Source: Hydrolagus affinis
Lineage: Eukaryota
DNA: 64,000 nucleotides
NCBI GenBank assembly: GCA_012026655.1
Contig: JAAILG010001088.1
Span: forward strand, 1 to 64,000
Direction: 5' to 3'
The notes below the pieces were generated by a model that saw only the letters and a list, made by a program, of their open reading frames with translations, made no database searches and was not told the origin of the DNA. Position 1 is the stretch's first letter. Each line of letters opens with the position of its first letter. Made by a program: the position numbers and the translations under genes. Of the stretch, positions 36,424-50,167 are shown piece by piece.

Positions 36424-38023
36424 GCGCTTTGAGATGTCCTCTCAATGTGAAAAGCACCATATGAAATGATGCAAGGATCATTATGTTTTCTCCTTGTGTC
36501 ATACTTCTACACAGCTGACCACAAAATGAAACTAATTGCTTCAGGTCAACTTACTCAACATAGACCACATTTGTCAACTTCCTAAATCTGACTGTTGCTA
36601 ACTGGATAAACCAATTCATAGTAGGTTATTATCAGTTTTATCTGGAGGATTGTTGGCCAGGAAACCAATTTCGACGAAGGGTTGTGGACCTGAAACATTG
36701 ACTTACTTTTTCTGTCTCCATAGACGCAAAATACCGCAGAGGCTGGAAATCGGAAACAAAAACAGAAATTGCTGGGAACACTGAGTGAAATTGCTGGGAA
36801 CACAAGTCCCACAAGTTGCTGGGTGTTCCCAGCAATTTCTGTTTTTGTTTCAGCACCTGCAGCATGTTGCGTTTTTGGTCCTTGAAATGATTTTGGCTGA
36901 GATTTGGGGCGTGCACATGGATTTGATTAAGAAGACAAAGGATTCAAACAATTCACTGTTTTGTAAGGGTTGCAAGCAGTTTACAACAGCAACAATTTGC
37001 ACTCATATAGCACTTAACAGTGGCGGAAACTGACTCCACACTCTGGAACTCCATCCCTCAGTTTCTTCGCCTCGCTGCCTCCCTCCTTCAAGGCTGATCT
37101 CAAGACCCTCCTCTTCTACTGTGAAATCTGCTGCCCTCCCAACTCTCTCCCTCACCTCCTAACTCTCTCCCTCCCCTCTACTCTGCCCCTCTCGCTTGCC
37201 CGGGTCCCGACCTGACTGTTCAGCACCTTGGAATCTCCTCCCGACATGAAAGGTGCTCTATAAATGTAATTTTGTTGTTGTTGTTGTTCGAGAATGCTGA
37301 GATTGCCAGAGGTTAAACTGAGGCCTCGTCTGCCTGTTTAGGTGGCCAACAAAGGTCCCATTGATACTATCGGAAAAGAGAAGGCAGTTTTTCTCTGGTG
37401 TCCTGGCCAACAATCCTCCAGATCAAAATGATCATTTGCTTCATAGCTGTTTGTGGGACTTTTCTGTGTGTACATTGGTTGCCTCATCTGCTTACAACAG
37501 TCATTTTGCAGTCAATCCTGCAAGTGCTTTGGAATGTCACAATGATTATGTCGAGGCATTATGTGTCTTGTAAATATTACAATCAATATATGCTTCATTT
37601 ATTGAAAAGAAAATCAACCGCAGTGTACAATATCATTTACGTTGCTATAGCCCTCTTCATATCGGGAGGACATCTCAAAGGGTTTTGTCAAACAAGTCGT
37701 CAACTTGTCCCTCAACAAGTCCCTCAAGTTGTTGAGGGAAAGTGACGGATAGGTCAGTAAGGTTAAATATGGTCACAGAGGTAGGGTAGGTCAAAACCAT
37801 GGAGGGATTATCCCAATGGCTCAGCAGGTTTATCCAGTTAGTAACAGTCAGATTTAGGAAGTTGACAAATGTGATCTATGGTCTGTGCTGAGTAAGCTGA
37901 TCTGAAGCGATTAGTTTCATTTTTGTGGTCAGTGGTGTGGGAGTATGACACAAGGAGAAAACATAATGATCCTTGCATCATTTCATATGGTGTTTTTCAG
38001 ATTGAGCGGACAACTCAAAGTGC
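36424..38023. repeat. Inverted duplication, arms 36424-36612 and 37827-38023
   Basis: For example ATTTGTCAACTTCCTAAATCTGACTGTT versus AACAGTCAGATTTAGGAAGTTGACAAAT; colinear over ~190 bp. Confidence 0.9.
36671..36877 (+). mobile_element. Second Penelope-like remnant, rearranged, with a degenerate hammerhead
   Basis: TCGACGAAGGGTTGTGGACCTGAAACATTGAC is homologous to 62074-62105. It is followed by inverted and direct copies of the GAAATTGCTGGGAACAC / GTGTTCCCAGCAATTTC tail. Confidence 0.7.
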
Positions 38024-38857
38024 TTCAAGAGGATTTACTGCAAAGATTACACACAGATTACAGTGGAGTCCTGTAGCTCGGTGGTTAGAGCACCCGCATT
38101 TCAAGCGAGAAACCTGGGTTCAATTCCCGGCAGGGCGAAATCTGGGGCAAGTTTCCTTACTCCACACACCTGACTTTCTCCCTTTCCTCCTTCAAGCCTG
38201 GTCTCAAGACCTTCCTCTTCGACCACGCCTTCGACTCCCCACTAACTCTTCCCCTTCCCCTTCCCCTACCCAGACCCTCCCCCCCCCCCCACCCCTCCCC
38301 CGCTCGGGTCCCGACCTGACTGTTCAACGCTTTGGGACGTCCTCGGCGCTATATAAACGCAATTTTGTTGTTGTTGTTGACAATCATCCCTCAAGAAAAA
38401 ACCCCAATAATAATTTGGTTACTCACTCCACAAATCCATCATCGTGCATAAGAGTAATCAAACCAGAATGAGAGTTCCACATATGTACGGAAATGTCTGT
38501 GTGTCTGGGATGAAGTTTCAAGTTGAATGTTTCACTGAGGATCAGTGTTTCTCTTTAGCCCGCATTGGTCTATGATAATCTCATCCCTTATCCTTTCCAG
38601 AGATCTCTTAAGATTTACTTACCTGTCAGAATCATTTTCTACTTATCAACAGCATTTGAATTAGAGACATCCTTTTTTTCTGTTATGTGGCATTTTTCTA
38701 GTCCTGTTAGTCGGCGCTCACTATCTGACTTGCTATCTAACATAGCTCGCACATATGAACAAGGTTGTAGAGAACTCCTGAAGAGCAAACTTGTGTGTAG
38801 CCTTGGGACATTCTCCTGATGTGAAAGGTGCTTTACAAATGTAATTTGTTGTTGTTA

Positions 38858-39292
38858 GCCTGGCTCAAAAGGTCTCACTCTTGCCTCTGAATTGGAAGAT
38901 TGTGGAATCAAGTCCCACTTCTAGACTGGGAATCCATATAGCCTATATTGAAATGCTCTGAGATGTCGTCTGGCATGGAGGACACTACATAAATCCAAGT
39001 TGTTGTTGTTGTTTTTGGTGTTGATGATGCTCCAACACAGTGTTGTGGGTGCGCTGCATTGTTGGAAGCGCTGTCAGATAAAACATGAAACGGAGGTCCA
39101 AGTGAACGTTAGAGATCCCATGGCACTATTTGCAAAGTAAAGGGAGTTTCTTTGCCCGAATAAAATAAAATTTGTCACTCTCTCCCTGGCTGTTTGTGGG
39201 ATATGGCTGCCTGCAAATTGGCTGCCACACTTGTCTACAAAACACCCACTCACTTCACTTTACAGTATCTCCTGTGAAGCGCTTTGAGACAT
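38858..39292 (+). mobile_element. Old DeuSINE with tRNA head, interrupted by an L2 tail stub (~38950-39012)
   Basis: TGGCTCA..CTCTTGCCTCTGA..TCAAGTCCCAC head; AGATCCCATGGCACTATT core; GTGAAGCGCTTTGAGAC tail. Confidence 0.7.
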
Positions 39293-40210
39293 CATCCACA
39301 TTGTCTTTACGTGCGGGAGCCTTTTATTTAAGATTGGAATTGTAGCAGTTTCTTGAGCCTCAATCTTGATTTCGCAGTTCTTACAGAGGCCCAGCTTCTA
39401 CATTAATTTTCCACAATTCTGTTTGATCTTAAACGTGAAGGCAAAATAGCCTTAGGTAAAGACTCAGTGAAACGTGGGACTCCTGAGGCTTATTAACCTT
39501 CAAACTGAACTTCTTAGCTTGAAAAGTTTTGGACAATGGTTGATGACAGGAAGAAATAAGCACAGAACGTATGTTAATGCTTCCATTGTGTTCATCCGAA
39601 AGTACTGGAGTGATGCAGTGAGCTCAGGGTTGCAGATAAGGGCCATTTTAAGATTGATATCATTGACCCCAGAGACAGAGGGCTTTGTGCTTCTTACTAA
39701 CATCTACCGTTTGTCACTTTTATAGGATGTTGTACCGTGCTTATCTAAACCCCCGGCTTTGCTCTTCTCTGTGTGTATAATGGAGTGGGGGGTGGGTGGG
39801 GCTAATAGACATAGAGCTCATCTTCCACTGCACCGTTGCAAGCAAAGTGAGTAATTGTAAAGCTGTAACTGGACATACTGCATAAATCTCGTGTAATCTT
39901 TGTTCAACATCAATACATTCTTCAATAACATTTGGGGTTTTATATCCTGCATTGCATTTTGTGTTTTATATCCCCCCCACCCCCCCATCCACCCACCCAC
40001 CCACCCACCACCCACAAACACAGTGTTGACAAATGTACCCAATTACCATTATTTCCCCAATGCAACTGCCCAGTGAATTTATCTCCTTTCGCCATGATCG
40101 GGACATTCATGTTTACACACGATGGTTCCCACGTTTGCGAATTCAGAAAGCTACACATCATGAGATAGGTGAAAGCCTCCTGACCAAGGTAAGAGAGCTA
40201 CCTTACCTGT

Positions 40211-40672
40211 AATAATAATAATAATCCTAGCATTTGATATAGCGCTTTTCCCATCTTCTAGACGCCTCAAAGCGCTTCACAGAATATGCAGTAAAGTGAA
40301 TTGACCGTATGTTTGTGGGCAAAACGTGGAAGCCAATTGCGCACAGCAGTGTCCCACAAACAGTCATGGATTGAAATGACAAATTTTATTATTGTGTTTT
40401 TCTTTTGAGGGATGATAATAATAATAATCCTTGCATTTGATATAGCGTTTTTCATGTCCTCTACACGTCTCAAAGCGCTTCACAGAATACTGCATATTGT
40501 AAAGTGAATTGACTATAATTGACTGTAATCAATCATAACCCAATGGACTGCATTATTATTAGGCGTGTGGAGTAAGGAAACTTGCCCATGGTTTTGCCCT
40601 GATATGCCTGGATTCGAACACAGGTACTGTGCTTGTAAGGCAAATGCTCTAACCACTGAGCTACAGGACTCC
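40211..40672 (-). mobile_element. Nested or tandem SINE composite (two tails, one head)
   Basis: Tails at 40211 and 40415; head ends ...GAGCTACAGGACTCCA. Confidence 0.85.
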
Positions 40673-41377
40673 AAGGAATGACAAACAGGCAAATTGATAT
40701 TGACGTTTTGTCAGATTACGATGACTTCAACTTCCAATTCACACCGTAAATACGGGATTAAGATTTGGGCTCTGCTCTCTCAGTTGCAATTGCTGCGTTA
40801 GGCTCTCACTCTTATAAACCAAGCAACCCACAAGACATGGGAGTATGTGTTTTTGTACGAGTTGGACACTGGGCTAACCATAAGAAAAAGACACCATGAT
40901 CAATTTGTAGTTTTTATTAAAGTGTGACGAATATTAACCAAACCGCCTCTTTGTGTGCGTGCAAGTGCTGAATGCTTGGTACAGAGAGAATGGGCAATTT
41001 GAATGTGGGGAGGGACTGTTGACACTTTCAATGATATACTGAGTGAAGCTTAAGTGATTCCCATTACACCATATACCATGCAGGTACCTGACGTGCCATG
41101 TCTTCAATGCAACAAAACCCACACAATGTGGCTTGGCACACGTCCTTTGATAAATTCTGATTCACACGCTTCTGTCTTTGTTGTACTGCAACAGTGAGAT
41201 GTATTTGTTTTCAGTGTCCATTGTTCTAAACTCAAATGACAGGAAAGGAAGGTCCTAAGTCTGGCAACTTGTGAAATGCAAGGAACATTTGCTGTGCCTG
41301 CTCTGTAATTTGGTGATTCACTTCATGGCTGTCTGTGGGCTTTTGAGTGGTGGTTGCGTTTAGAGTGTGCACTTTGT

Positions 41378-41603
41378 GGTGTCCTTTAGCTCAGCGGTTA
41401 GAGCACTCGCCTTACAAACGTGAGATCTGTGTTCGAATCCAAGCAGGTCAGGGCGAAACCTTGGGCAAGGTTCATTACTCCACATGCCTAATAATAATAA
41501 TAATGCCTCCAAAGAAAAAACACAATAATAAAATTGGTCATTTCAAACCACGATTGTTTGTGGGACACTACTGTGCGCAATTAGCTGCCATGTTTCGCCC
41601 ACA
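41378..41603 (+). mobile_element. tRNA-derived SINE, 3'-truncated
   Basis: GTCCTTTAGCTCAGCGGTTAGAGCAC...GTTCGAATCC... Confidence 0.88.
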
Positions 41604-42647
41604 AATTTCGCCCTTCCTGCTTGTGAGATAAAGGTGCTAACCTTATGCCCCTGGACTCTAGCGGAAATAAAGTAAAATTGTAAGCAGATACTAGTATGGT
41701 ATGCATTCAGGTTTGCTTGACTGAATACACTGTGCTGTGCAGACAAAAGAGGGTCAAAGGTTGAAATCCTGTGTGGCTGAGGTGGGGAGAATGGGGGTGC
41801 ATACTGTTTGGATGAATGGCATTTGACCATCAAATACTTATATTGGGAGGGAACCTCAGTACAAAAGTGATTTCAACACAAAAAATTTGGGCTGGTGCAT
41901 TTCTCTACGTTCATTATTCCCTAAGTGCATTCTGCTTAGTAAATGACCCTTTGAGAAGTCAGTAGAATCCATCAATATTTTTAAAGGATATTTGACAGGG
42001 AGGAACAAATCTCCCAAAAAAGCCAAAACACAAGGATAGTAAACATTTGAATTTGTTTTTTGCTATTTAAACATAGGCACAGCAGAAGGTTAATCTGTCT
42101 TCTTGAAAAATTATCTTTCACCTCAGCTCTTCGTGCTAATTTTTGTCAGTGTCGTGACTGTTTTTCATAGTCAAATGCATCTATTTTGCATAAGGAACAT
42201 GAATGATTTGTCTGTAGGATTGTTGTACACTGGACGAAATGCCCTTCTCTTTCCCAATGGAGTTTACCTGTATGGACAGGCAGAAAGGACCATGGTTTAA
42301 TGTCTCATCTGATTCACTGGAGCTAAGGTCTGCAACTGAAGAAGAAGAAGCAGAACAACAACAACAAACAACAACAACAAAATTTCAGTGCCTAGGAAAT
42401 CAGACCCTCCGCCTGCAAATGAGGCCCCAACACTTCAGACACCTGACTCCACATGCCTGATTATAATCCCTCAAGGAAAAAGACAATAATAATTTGGTCA
42501 CTCAATCCACGACTGTTGGTGGGACACTGCTGTGTGTAATTGGCTGCTGCGGTTTGCTCAGAAATATACGGTCAATTCACTTTACGGTATATTTTGTGAT
42601 GCTCTTTGAGACGTCTTTATTGCTGATATATCTTCCCTTTATTAATT

Positions 42648-43021
42648 ACAACAACAAAATTGCATTTGCATTGTCCCTTTCTTGTCATGAAGACGTCCCA
42701 GGCGCTGGACAGTCAGTGTTTCAGACCCGAGCTGGGGTCGGGATCAGGGAGGGTGGAGGAGAGGGGAGGGGAAGGGGTTCACCGATGGCAAAATCGAAGA
42801 GGAGGTTCTTAACGCGGGAGTTGAAGGAGGCTAGGGAGGAGGCGAGGTGGAGGGATTGCGGGGTGGAATTCCAGAGATAGGGGCAGAGTGGCTGAAGGCT
42901 CGCCAGCCGATGGTGGGGCAGGCTGCAGACGGTCAGCGGATATGGAGCAGGCTGGAGCCCACTCAGCGGAGGGAGCGGACAGGTTGGTAGGTGGTTAGGA
43001 GGTCACAGAGATAGGGTGGGG
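42648..43021 (-). mobile_element. L2-clade LINE 3' end
   Basis: Homologous to 29001-29360. Confidence 0.85.
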
Positions 43022-44614
43022 CAATTAGTAATTAGTACATGATGTGTGCATTGGATGTCCAAGATTATCCAAATCACCATTCTGTGCTTTCATTGCTGAA
43101 CTGGCTCACAACATTTTATCTGGGGATTGGTGGCCTGGAGAAACTCCCTTCTCTTCTTGATTAATAATAATTCTTATGTTTGAGATGTCTCAAAGCGCTT
43201 CACAGAATAATCTGTTTCGATATTTTGTAGGTGAGAAGTGCCACAGAATCTTTAATGTCTATCTCTGTGTGCAGGCATGGCTTCAGTTTAAACTTTAATT
43301 TGAACGACGGACGGAAAGTATTGCTTCCATGACTGTGGCCGTTTCTCAAATCTGGCATCTGGCCCTCAGCAGCCAAAAGATTGGATCTCTCTAAACTAGA
43401 CTAAGAGCTCAAAGTACTGATAATGGGGCTTGAACAGTGGGGTAATTCCAATCTTTTCACCGGTCCTGCTATTGATTGTGAGAGTTGTGTGTAATTTCCA
43501 GTATTATTTTTATTGTTTTATATCTACTGGTCAAAAAAATGATTCTACTCTCAACAGCAGCTAAACTTCTTTAACCAGTAATTTCTGAGGCTACGTGTGA
43601 TTGTTGCATTGAACACAAACCATTTTTGTGGTTCCAACAAACTATTTGTGAAGCATGACCTAATTTGTTCTGTAAACAGAAGAGGGTTCAAGTGCACGGC
43701 TGGCATTAATGTCACGGCAAGGTTTCCGATTCTTTTTATCACCAAGTTATTGGAAATTCCATGAACCACCTGACCCCTGACTGTTCGGCGCCTTGGGACG
43801 TCCTTCCAAAGTGAAAGGCGCTATACAAATGTAATTTGGTTGTTGTTGTAGTATTTCTGCATACATGAAGGAGAAAGTGTTACAGGGCGATAAGAGGGGT
43901 GGGTGCTTGTGTGATGTATAGACACTGGGACAGACCAGTTGAACCGAATGATTGTGCAAAACTCACTCAAAATTCAGAAAAAATGACCTACAAAATAGAC
44001 AGTCACTACATTTTACAGTAAATCCCGTGAAGCATTTTTGAGACGTAATCCACAATCTGATAAGGTGCTATATCAACAACAACAACAACAACTTCAATTT
44101 ATATAGCGCCCTCCACACTGGACGGTGTCTCAGAGCACTTCAAAAGTAAGATTAATTATTATTATAAATATTAACTGCTCTGATCTTGATAATCTGGGCC
44201 AATTGAAGGTTTGATAAATTGAAACAATACATGAAACAATACGCTGTATATCACTATCTGAATGTAATTGTCGCCGACTGGAAAGCTGTAAGTCACACCC
44301 ATTCATTTAGTTTGGTCAACCAGGTGTCTAACATACCAGGAAACTCATTGTCATGGTTAATAATATCCAGACAGAGTTAGTCTGTATGGAAATTTCCCTG
44401 TGGAGTACTCACTCTCTCTCTGGATGGATTGACCCTGTTTACCTAATTCCAGAGAGTATTAGACCATTAGACTGAGACTTGGGGAGCCCACACTGTGTCT
44501 GGGGTTCAGGCTGGCTTGTCTGTTATCTACAGTGCCTCGGGAACCGAACATTAATCTTATTGCGTTCTGCCTGTTCAACCAAGGTGCTCAGATGGAGCGT
44601 GTGTGTTGCTGTGC

Positions 44615-44897
44615 CCGCCTTCAAATGAGACGTTAAACCGAGGTCCCGTCTGCCGGTTCAGGTGGACGTTAAAGATCCCACGGCACTATTCGAAAAGTGA
44701 AGGGAATTTCTCCTCATGTCCTGGCCAACAATCCCCAAAATCATATTGATTACTCACTCCACGGCTGTTTGTGGGACATTGCTGTGCGCAACGGGCTGCT
44801 GCATTTCGCCCATAAAATAGACAGTCAATCTGCTTTACTGTATATCTTAACAACATGATAAGGCACTATATCAAATGCCAAGATTATTATTATTATT
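44615..44897 (+). mobile_element. Deu-domain SINE (DeuSINE; AmnSINE1/SacSINE1-related)
   Basis: ATGAGACGTTAAACCGAGGTCCCGTCTGCC..CAGGTGGACGTTAAAGATCCCACGGCACTATTCGAA matches the recalled Deu core, then joins the same tail as the dominant SINE. Older copies occur near 14600-14790 (-), 37300-37575 (+), 38860-39290 (+) and 56560-56890 (-). Confidence 0.8.
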
Positions 44898-45980
44898 TTT
44901 ACACAAATCCCTGTTTTGCAAAACTTCCCCAGGGACACCTTTGTAAGGGTACTTGTCAAAGTACTTGTGCATTTTTACAGCACCTTATCACAGCGAAACA
45001 TTTCAAAACATTTCACAGATAATTACTGTCAAGTGTAGTGACTGTATTTCACAGGATTGCATGAGACACTTGGGGGCAGAATGTCCTTTGGCTCTGTTGA
45101 TATCATCTTTCAAGAATAAACACCCGCTGGCCATCCCATTACAGCAACAAACTGGCTGATGCAATAAAAAGTGACAGTAATTTTTTGTTAGCAAGGCTCC
45201 AGAAACAACACTGCACTGAATGATTGATTAATCTGGAGACCTGTTGACTGGGAAACCTGGAGAAACTCGTTTCTATTTTCCAAAAAATGTCACGGGACAC
45301 AGATCACTAGGTTAAGATCAGAAAAACGGTGCTGTTAACAACGCAAAGTTGCCAAAGGAGTACAGCGACTGATGTGTCATCTTAGACTATGAACTGCTAT
45401 CTGGGTGTCGGTGATGTACAATGAGCCAACCTGATAGTTGATTTGTTGTAATGATGACCTTTGATAACAAGGAAGATATCTGATCCTCACCTGCCAGAAT
45501 GTTCATTGTTCACACATCTTCAATATATTTATTAGTTCTCGGTTTGGGTCCCGACCCAGCTGTTCAGTGTCTTGGGATGTCCTCCCGACGTGAAAGGCGC
45601 ACTATAAATGTAATTTTGTTGTTGTTTTGGGCAAGGGATGCATTCTGATTTACCTAATCTGTGCTTTCATTGCTGACCTTGGCTCAATTTGGATCACCAG
45701 CCTCAACAATTGCTAATATAATCAATCTTGTACTAATTCCTGTAAATGATTTGCCTCATGTAAGTTTTCCCTTACAAACAGGGAAACTGTTTGTAGTTAT
45801 TCTAGTCACTTCCTTATTGTTTTACTACCTCTTTTTTCTGGAAAACCGTTACCCGAGTAGTGATTTCCAAGAACCTAGAAGTTTGTAGCACCAAAGTCCA
45901 TTTATAAAATCACATATGTTAACAATCGCTTGCATTTATATGGAGCCCTTGGCCTTTACAGAGATAGATTGTTGCCAAGC

Positions 45981-46430
45981 CACAACAAAATTACATTTGT
46001 ATCGCGCCTTTCATGTTGGGATGGAAGGCGCTGGATGAGTAAGTGTTTTGGACCTGAGCTGGGTCGGGATTGGGGATGGAGGAGGAAAAGGAGCAGAAGG
46101 GGTGGGGGTGACCTATGGCATGGTTGGTGGAAGAGGTGGGTCTTGAGGTGGGAATTGCAGGAGGCTAGGGAGAGGGAGCGAGGTGTAGGGATTGTGGGAT
46201 GGAATTCCAAAAGATGGGGGCTGAGTGGCTGAAGGCTCGACCGCCGATGGTGGGGCGGGTGGGCGCCTTGGGACGTGAAAGGCGCTCTATAAATGTAATT
46301 TGTTGTTGTTGTATGGGAGCATGGAGCAGGCCAGAGCCCGTTGAACGGAGGGAGTGGACAGGTTGGTATGGGGTTAGGAGGTCTCAAAGGCAGGCTGGAG
46401 CAAGGCCTTGGAGGGCTTTAAAGGTGAAGA
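45981..46430 (-). mobile_element. L2-clade LINE 3' end containing an oppositely oriented L2 tail stub (46262-46312)
   Basis: Homologous to 29001-29390; internal GCGCCTTGGGACGTGAAAGGCGCT...(TTG)n. Confidence 0.85.
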
Positions 46431-46579
46431 CCAAGGGAGGAAGGGCCACAAGGAAAAACCTAATTACAGTACATGGACATAATAATAATACTAGTCCTCC
46501 CAATTCATATACAATAACAACAACAAAATTACATTTAGAGAGCGCCTTTCATGTCGGGAGGTCATCCCAAGGAAAATAT

Positions 46580-46903
46580 AGTGCCTTATCACGTCAAAGC
46601 AATTCACAAAACATACCCTAAAGTGAATTGGTTGTATTTTTTGTGGGTGAATTGTGGCAGCCAATTGCTCATAGCAGTGTCCCACAAACAGTCGTTGATT
46701 GAAATGCTCAATTTTTTTTGATGAATTATTATTCCCGGAAAAGAGATCTGCTAATCGACTGAAAACCGAGCTCCTAGTTACTGCTAGGTAAGCAGATGTG
46801 TGTGGACAAAAGATACTCCCCCAATATTTTGCCCTACCGCGAATTGAACTCAGGTCTCTCACTTGCGAGACGAATGCCCTAACCTCTGAGCTACAGGACT
46901 CTA
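46580..46903 (-). mobile_element. tRNA-derived SINE (longer subfamily)
   Basis: Reverse-complement body and head ending GAGCTACAGGACTC. Confidence 0.8.
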
Positions 46904-47619
46904 CATGTTATACAATCAATAGTAACCTCCACATGAGCCTCCACACATCCTAGTCATCTCTTGAATCCACAGGTGGTTTCTGTATTTAACCTAGCAATGC
47001 TTTTTAAACAAATAGCTTTCGAAGCAATGTTTAGCTTCACATGGATCACACTGAGCTTTTTAAACAGTTTTCACTGCTGCACCAAATTCTTATTCAACCA
47101 CGTCGTCTTTTCATAAGGAGTTCAGAGAGGTCCAAAGTTCCACCCAGCGTCACTCAACTCTCTGCGATTCTCTCTCCAGATACATTCTATTTTGTACATT
47201 GCGAAAAATCATTAAGTTCAGTTTTGAATTTGCAAGTCGGTTTCCGCAGTTTCTAAAAAGAATGGTTTAATGGGTGAAAAACTGAATCTGAGGACTTAAA
47301 TTATGTGCATTCTTAAATTTTTATGAAAAAGTAGCCTAAACATTAGGTGAAGTTTTGCAACAATCATCTGCTGTTTTGATTTGAACATTAAGAGTAAGAT
47401 CATTAGACTATGATTATCTATCAATCAAACTTACATTTATATAGCGCCTTTCACGTCGAGAGGACGTCCCAAGGCGCTGTACAGTCAGGTAGGGACAAGA
47501 GCAGGGTGGGGAGAGGTCGGGGCAGGATGAAGGAGAGTAGCAGGATTGACTGTATATTTGTGGGCGAAACACGGCAGCCAAATTACGCACAGCAGTGTCC
47601 CACAAACAGCCGTGGAAGT

Positions 47620-48000
47620 GGGATTAGGGGAGAAAGGGGGGAAAGATGGCAAGGGGAGGGGTCGGGGTAGGGGGAAGGAAAGCAGGAAAACCGACCGTAT
47701 ATTTGTGGGCGAAATGTGGCAGCCAAATTGCGCAAAGCGCAAACAGAGGTGGAAGTGAGGCCAGGGGAGAAAGGGGGAAAAGAGGGTAAGGGGAGGGAAA
47801 GGTGGGGTGGGGTAAAGTCAGGGAGGAAGAGGGGGGAGAAAGAGGGGTAAGGGGGGAGAGGGAGGGAAAGGTGGGTGGGGAGCAAAAATCAGGGAGAAAT
47901 GGGGAGAAAGGGGGATAAGAGGGAAAAGGGAGGAAAGGGGGAAAGGGGGAGAGAAAGTGGGGAAAGGGAGGGAGGGAAAAAGAAGAAGAGGGGGAGTTAT
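47620..48000 (+). repeat. G/A-rich low-complexity minisatellite (G-quadruplex/triplex-prone); similar sequence resumes at 48692-48850
   Basis: Recurrent GGGAGAAAGGGGG / GGTAAGGGGGGAGAGGGAGGGAAAGGTGGG / AAAATCAGGGAG units. Confidence 0.8.
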
Positions 48001-48591
48001 TGAAAGGCAATGTGGAGTAAGGAAACTTGCCCAACATTTCGCCCTCCTGGGAATTAAACTGGCGATGCAATTGCTCTAGCCACTGACCTGCAGGACTCCA
48101 CAAATACAAGGATTATTATTATTCTTGAAACTATTGAGTTCAGCCCACAAAGTATACGGTCAATTCACTTTACAGAATATTCTGTGAAGCGCTTTGTGAT
48201 GCCTTGTGTGATATCAAATACAAGGATTCTTATTATCAGATGAGGGTATTTATTTTGTGGAGTACAGAGAGTGCCAGAGTGACTGCCAGGGAGTGTGAAT
48301 TGATGTTGTAATACTAACCACAATGTTTATCTGTACAAAGCACCAGTACAGTATGTATCAAGCTACGTGTCCAGCCTAGGACTACCTGTTCAGGTTTTAG
48401 ATCACGCAAATGGTAAAATGTCGTTGCAATCAAGTTGACACTGTTATCGTCCACAAGATACAACTGGTCGCACCACTTTACATTATCTCCCGTGAAGTGC
48501 TACGAGACATCTCTATGACGTGACAAGGCACTTTTTCAAATGCAATGATTATTATTATGCGTATGCCTCATGCCTCAAATTTAATAATAAT

Positions 48592-48691
48592 NNNNNNNNN
48601 NNNNNNNNNNNNNNNNNNNNNNNNNNNNNNNNNNNNNNNNNNNNNNNNNNNNNNNNNNNNNNNNNNNNNNNNNNNNNNNNNNNNNNNNNNN
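48592..48691. other. Assembly gap (100 N)
   Basis: Run of n. Confidence 1.
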
Positions 48692-50167
48692 GTGAAAGTG
48701 GGGCAGGGGAGAACGGGGATAAGGGGGGAGAGGGAGGCAAAGGTGGGGTAAAATCAGGGAGGAAAAGGGGGAGAACGGGGGTTAAGGGGGGAGAGGGAGG
48801 GAAAGGTGGTGATGGCTCAAAAATCAGGGAGAAAACGGGAAAGGGAGAAATTTACTTAATACATATGAATAAAACAAATTGAATGTGTTTTACGGGTGAA
48901 ACACAGCAGCCAATTGCGAATTGCCACCTGCCTGGAATTGAACCCAGGTCTCCCACTTGTAGGGCAAGTGCTCTAACCATCGGGCTGCAGGACTTCACAA
49001 TTGTTCGATTGGTGGATTATTTTCCGGAGGTAATAATCCCGACAAAAAACAATTAAGTTAATAATAATATGGTCACTCCAAGCACAACTGTCTGTGGGAC
49101 ATTCCTGTGCACAATTGGCTGCCGTGTTTCACCACAAAATACATTCAATTCATTTTACAGTACATTCCGTGAGCAAGTTTGCAGGGGAAGAGAGAATCCA
49201 AACTTCGAACTCAAATTTGTTTTTAAAAGAATTCTGGACTATGATATTTTAAATCCATGCTCAGAGAGTTGATCGTCTTGCAAGAGGAATTCTTTTTACT
49301 TTTGTTCTCGCGCCTTGGGACGTTTCCCCCCAACGTGAAAGGCGCTCTATCAATGTAATTTTGTTGTTGTTGTTGCCCTATTTTTTTTATTATGGGCAGT
49401 CTGTGGTATTTTGTGTTTCGTAACACATAAATCAAAATAATTCAAATTGTTCAATGACACTGACCGAAATAAACCAAAAAATGTTTTTACATCAATCAGG
49501 ATGAGATTCCGGGGAGTCTGCATTTATTATTTGTAGTTACAAAAAAACACTCTGCAAACTGATACAGGACAAAAGAGTGGGTGAAATTGGAAGTGCTTGT
49601 TCCTCTTTAAAAGTAAGTATCCATTGAGTGCATTACAGTCAATTCACTTTACAGTATATTCTGTGAGGTGCTTTGAGATATCTAGAAGACATGAAAAGCG
49701 CTAAATCAAGTGCAAAGATTAAAAAAATTATTTTGGTGGTAAACTGTCCAATACTGCACAAAATAATGATGACCTATATTTTTTATTCATGGTCAGTCAT
49801 CAAGAACCTTACGAACTCAGATTCACGTCTCATCCAAGGACTAGTATCTCAGACAATGCAACACGTCCCGAGCACTGCATCGGAGTGTCATCTTACACTG
49901 TATGAGTTCAAAGACCTGATGTGAGGCTTTAACCCGCAACCTTCTGACTTAGAGGCAAGAATGCAATCACTGTGCCAGGTTGGCACACATGAAATAAAAA
50001 CACTTCTGAAATGAAGGTGCAATATGTAAGTTGCAACATCTCAGAAGCAGTCTGGTCTTTAATGCAGCTGCCATAAAAAAAATCTTGACACATAATTAGT
50101 TTAGCTGATGAGTATTACTCCCTGGAATCCACTATTATTCTATTCGTAAAGAAACTGGAAAAACACA

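Noticed and set aside
30535-40188. Exon-like open frames at 30535-30684 and 40074-40188 with compatible phase-2 ends
   Set aside because: No recognisable protein similarity and only moderate acceptors; open frames of 40-50 codons arise by chance. RNA-seq would be needed.
40934-41122. Minus-strand ORF with HGIWCNG, superficially like a nuclear-receptor zinc finger (NR2E3 expected by human synteny)
   Set aside because: The Cys spacing and the FFKRS motif are absent.
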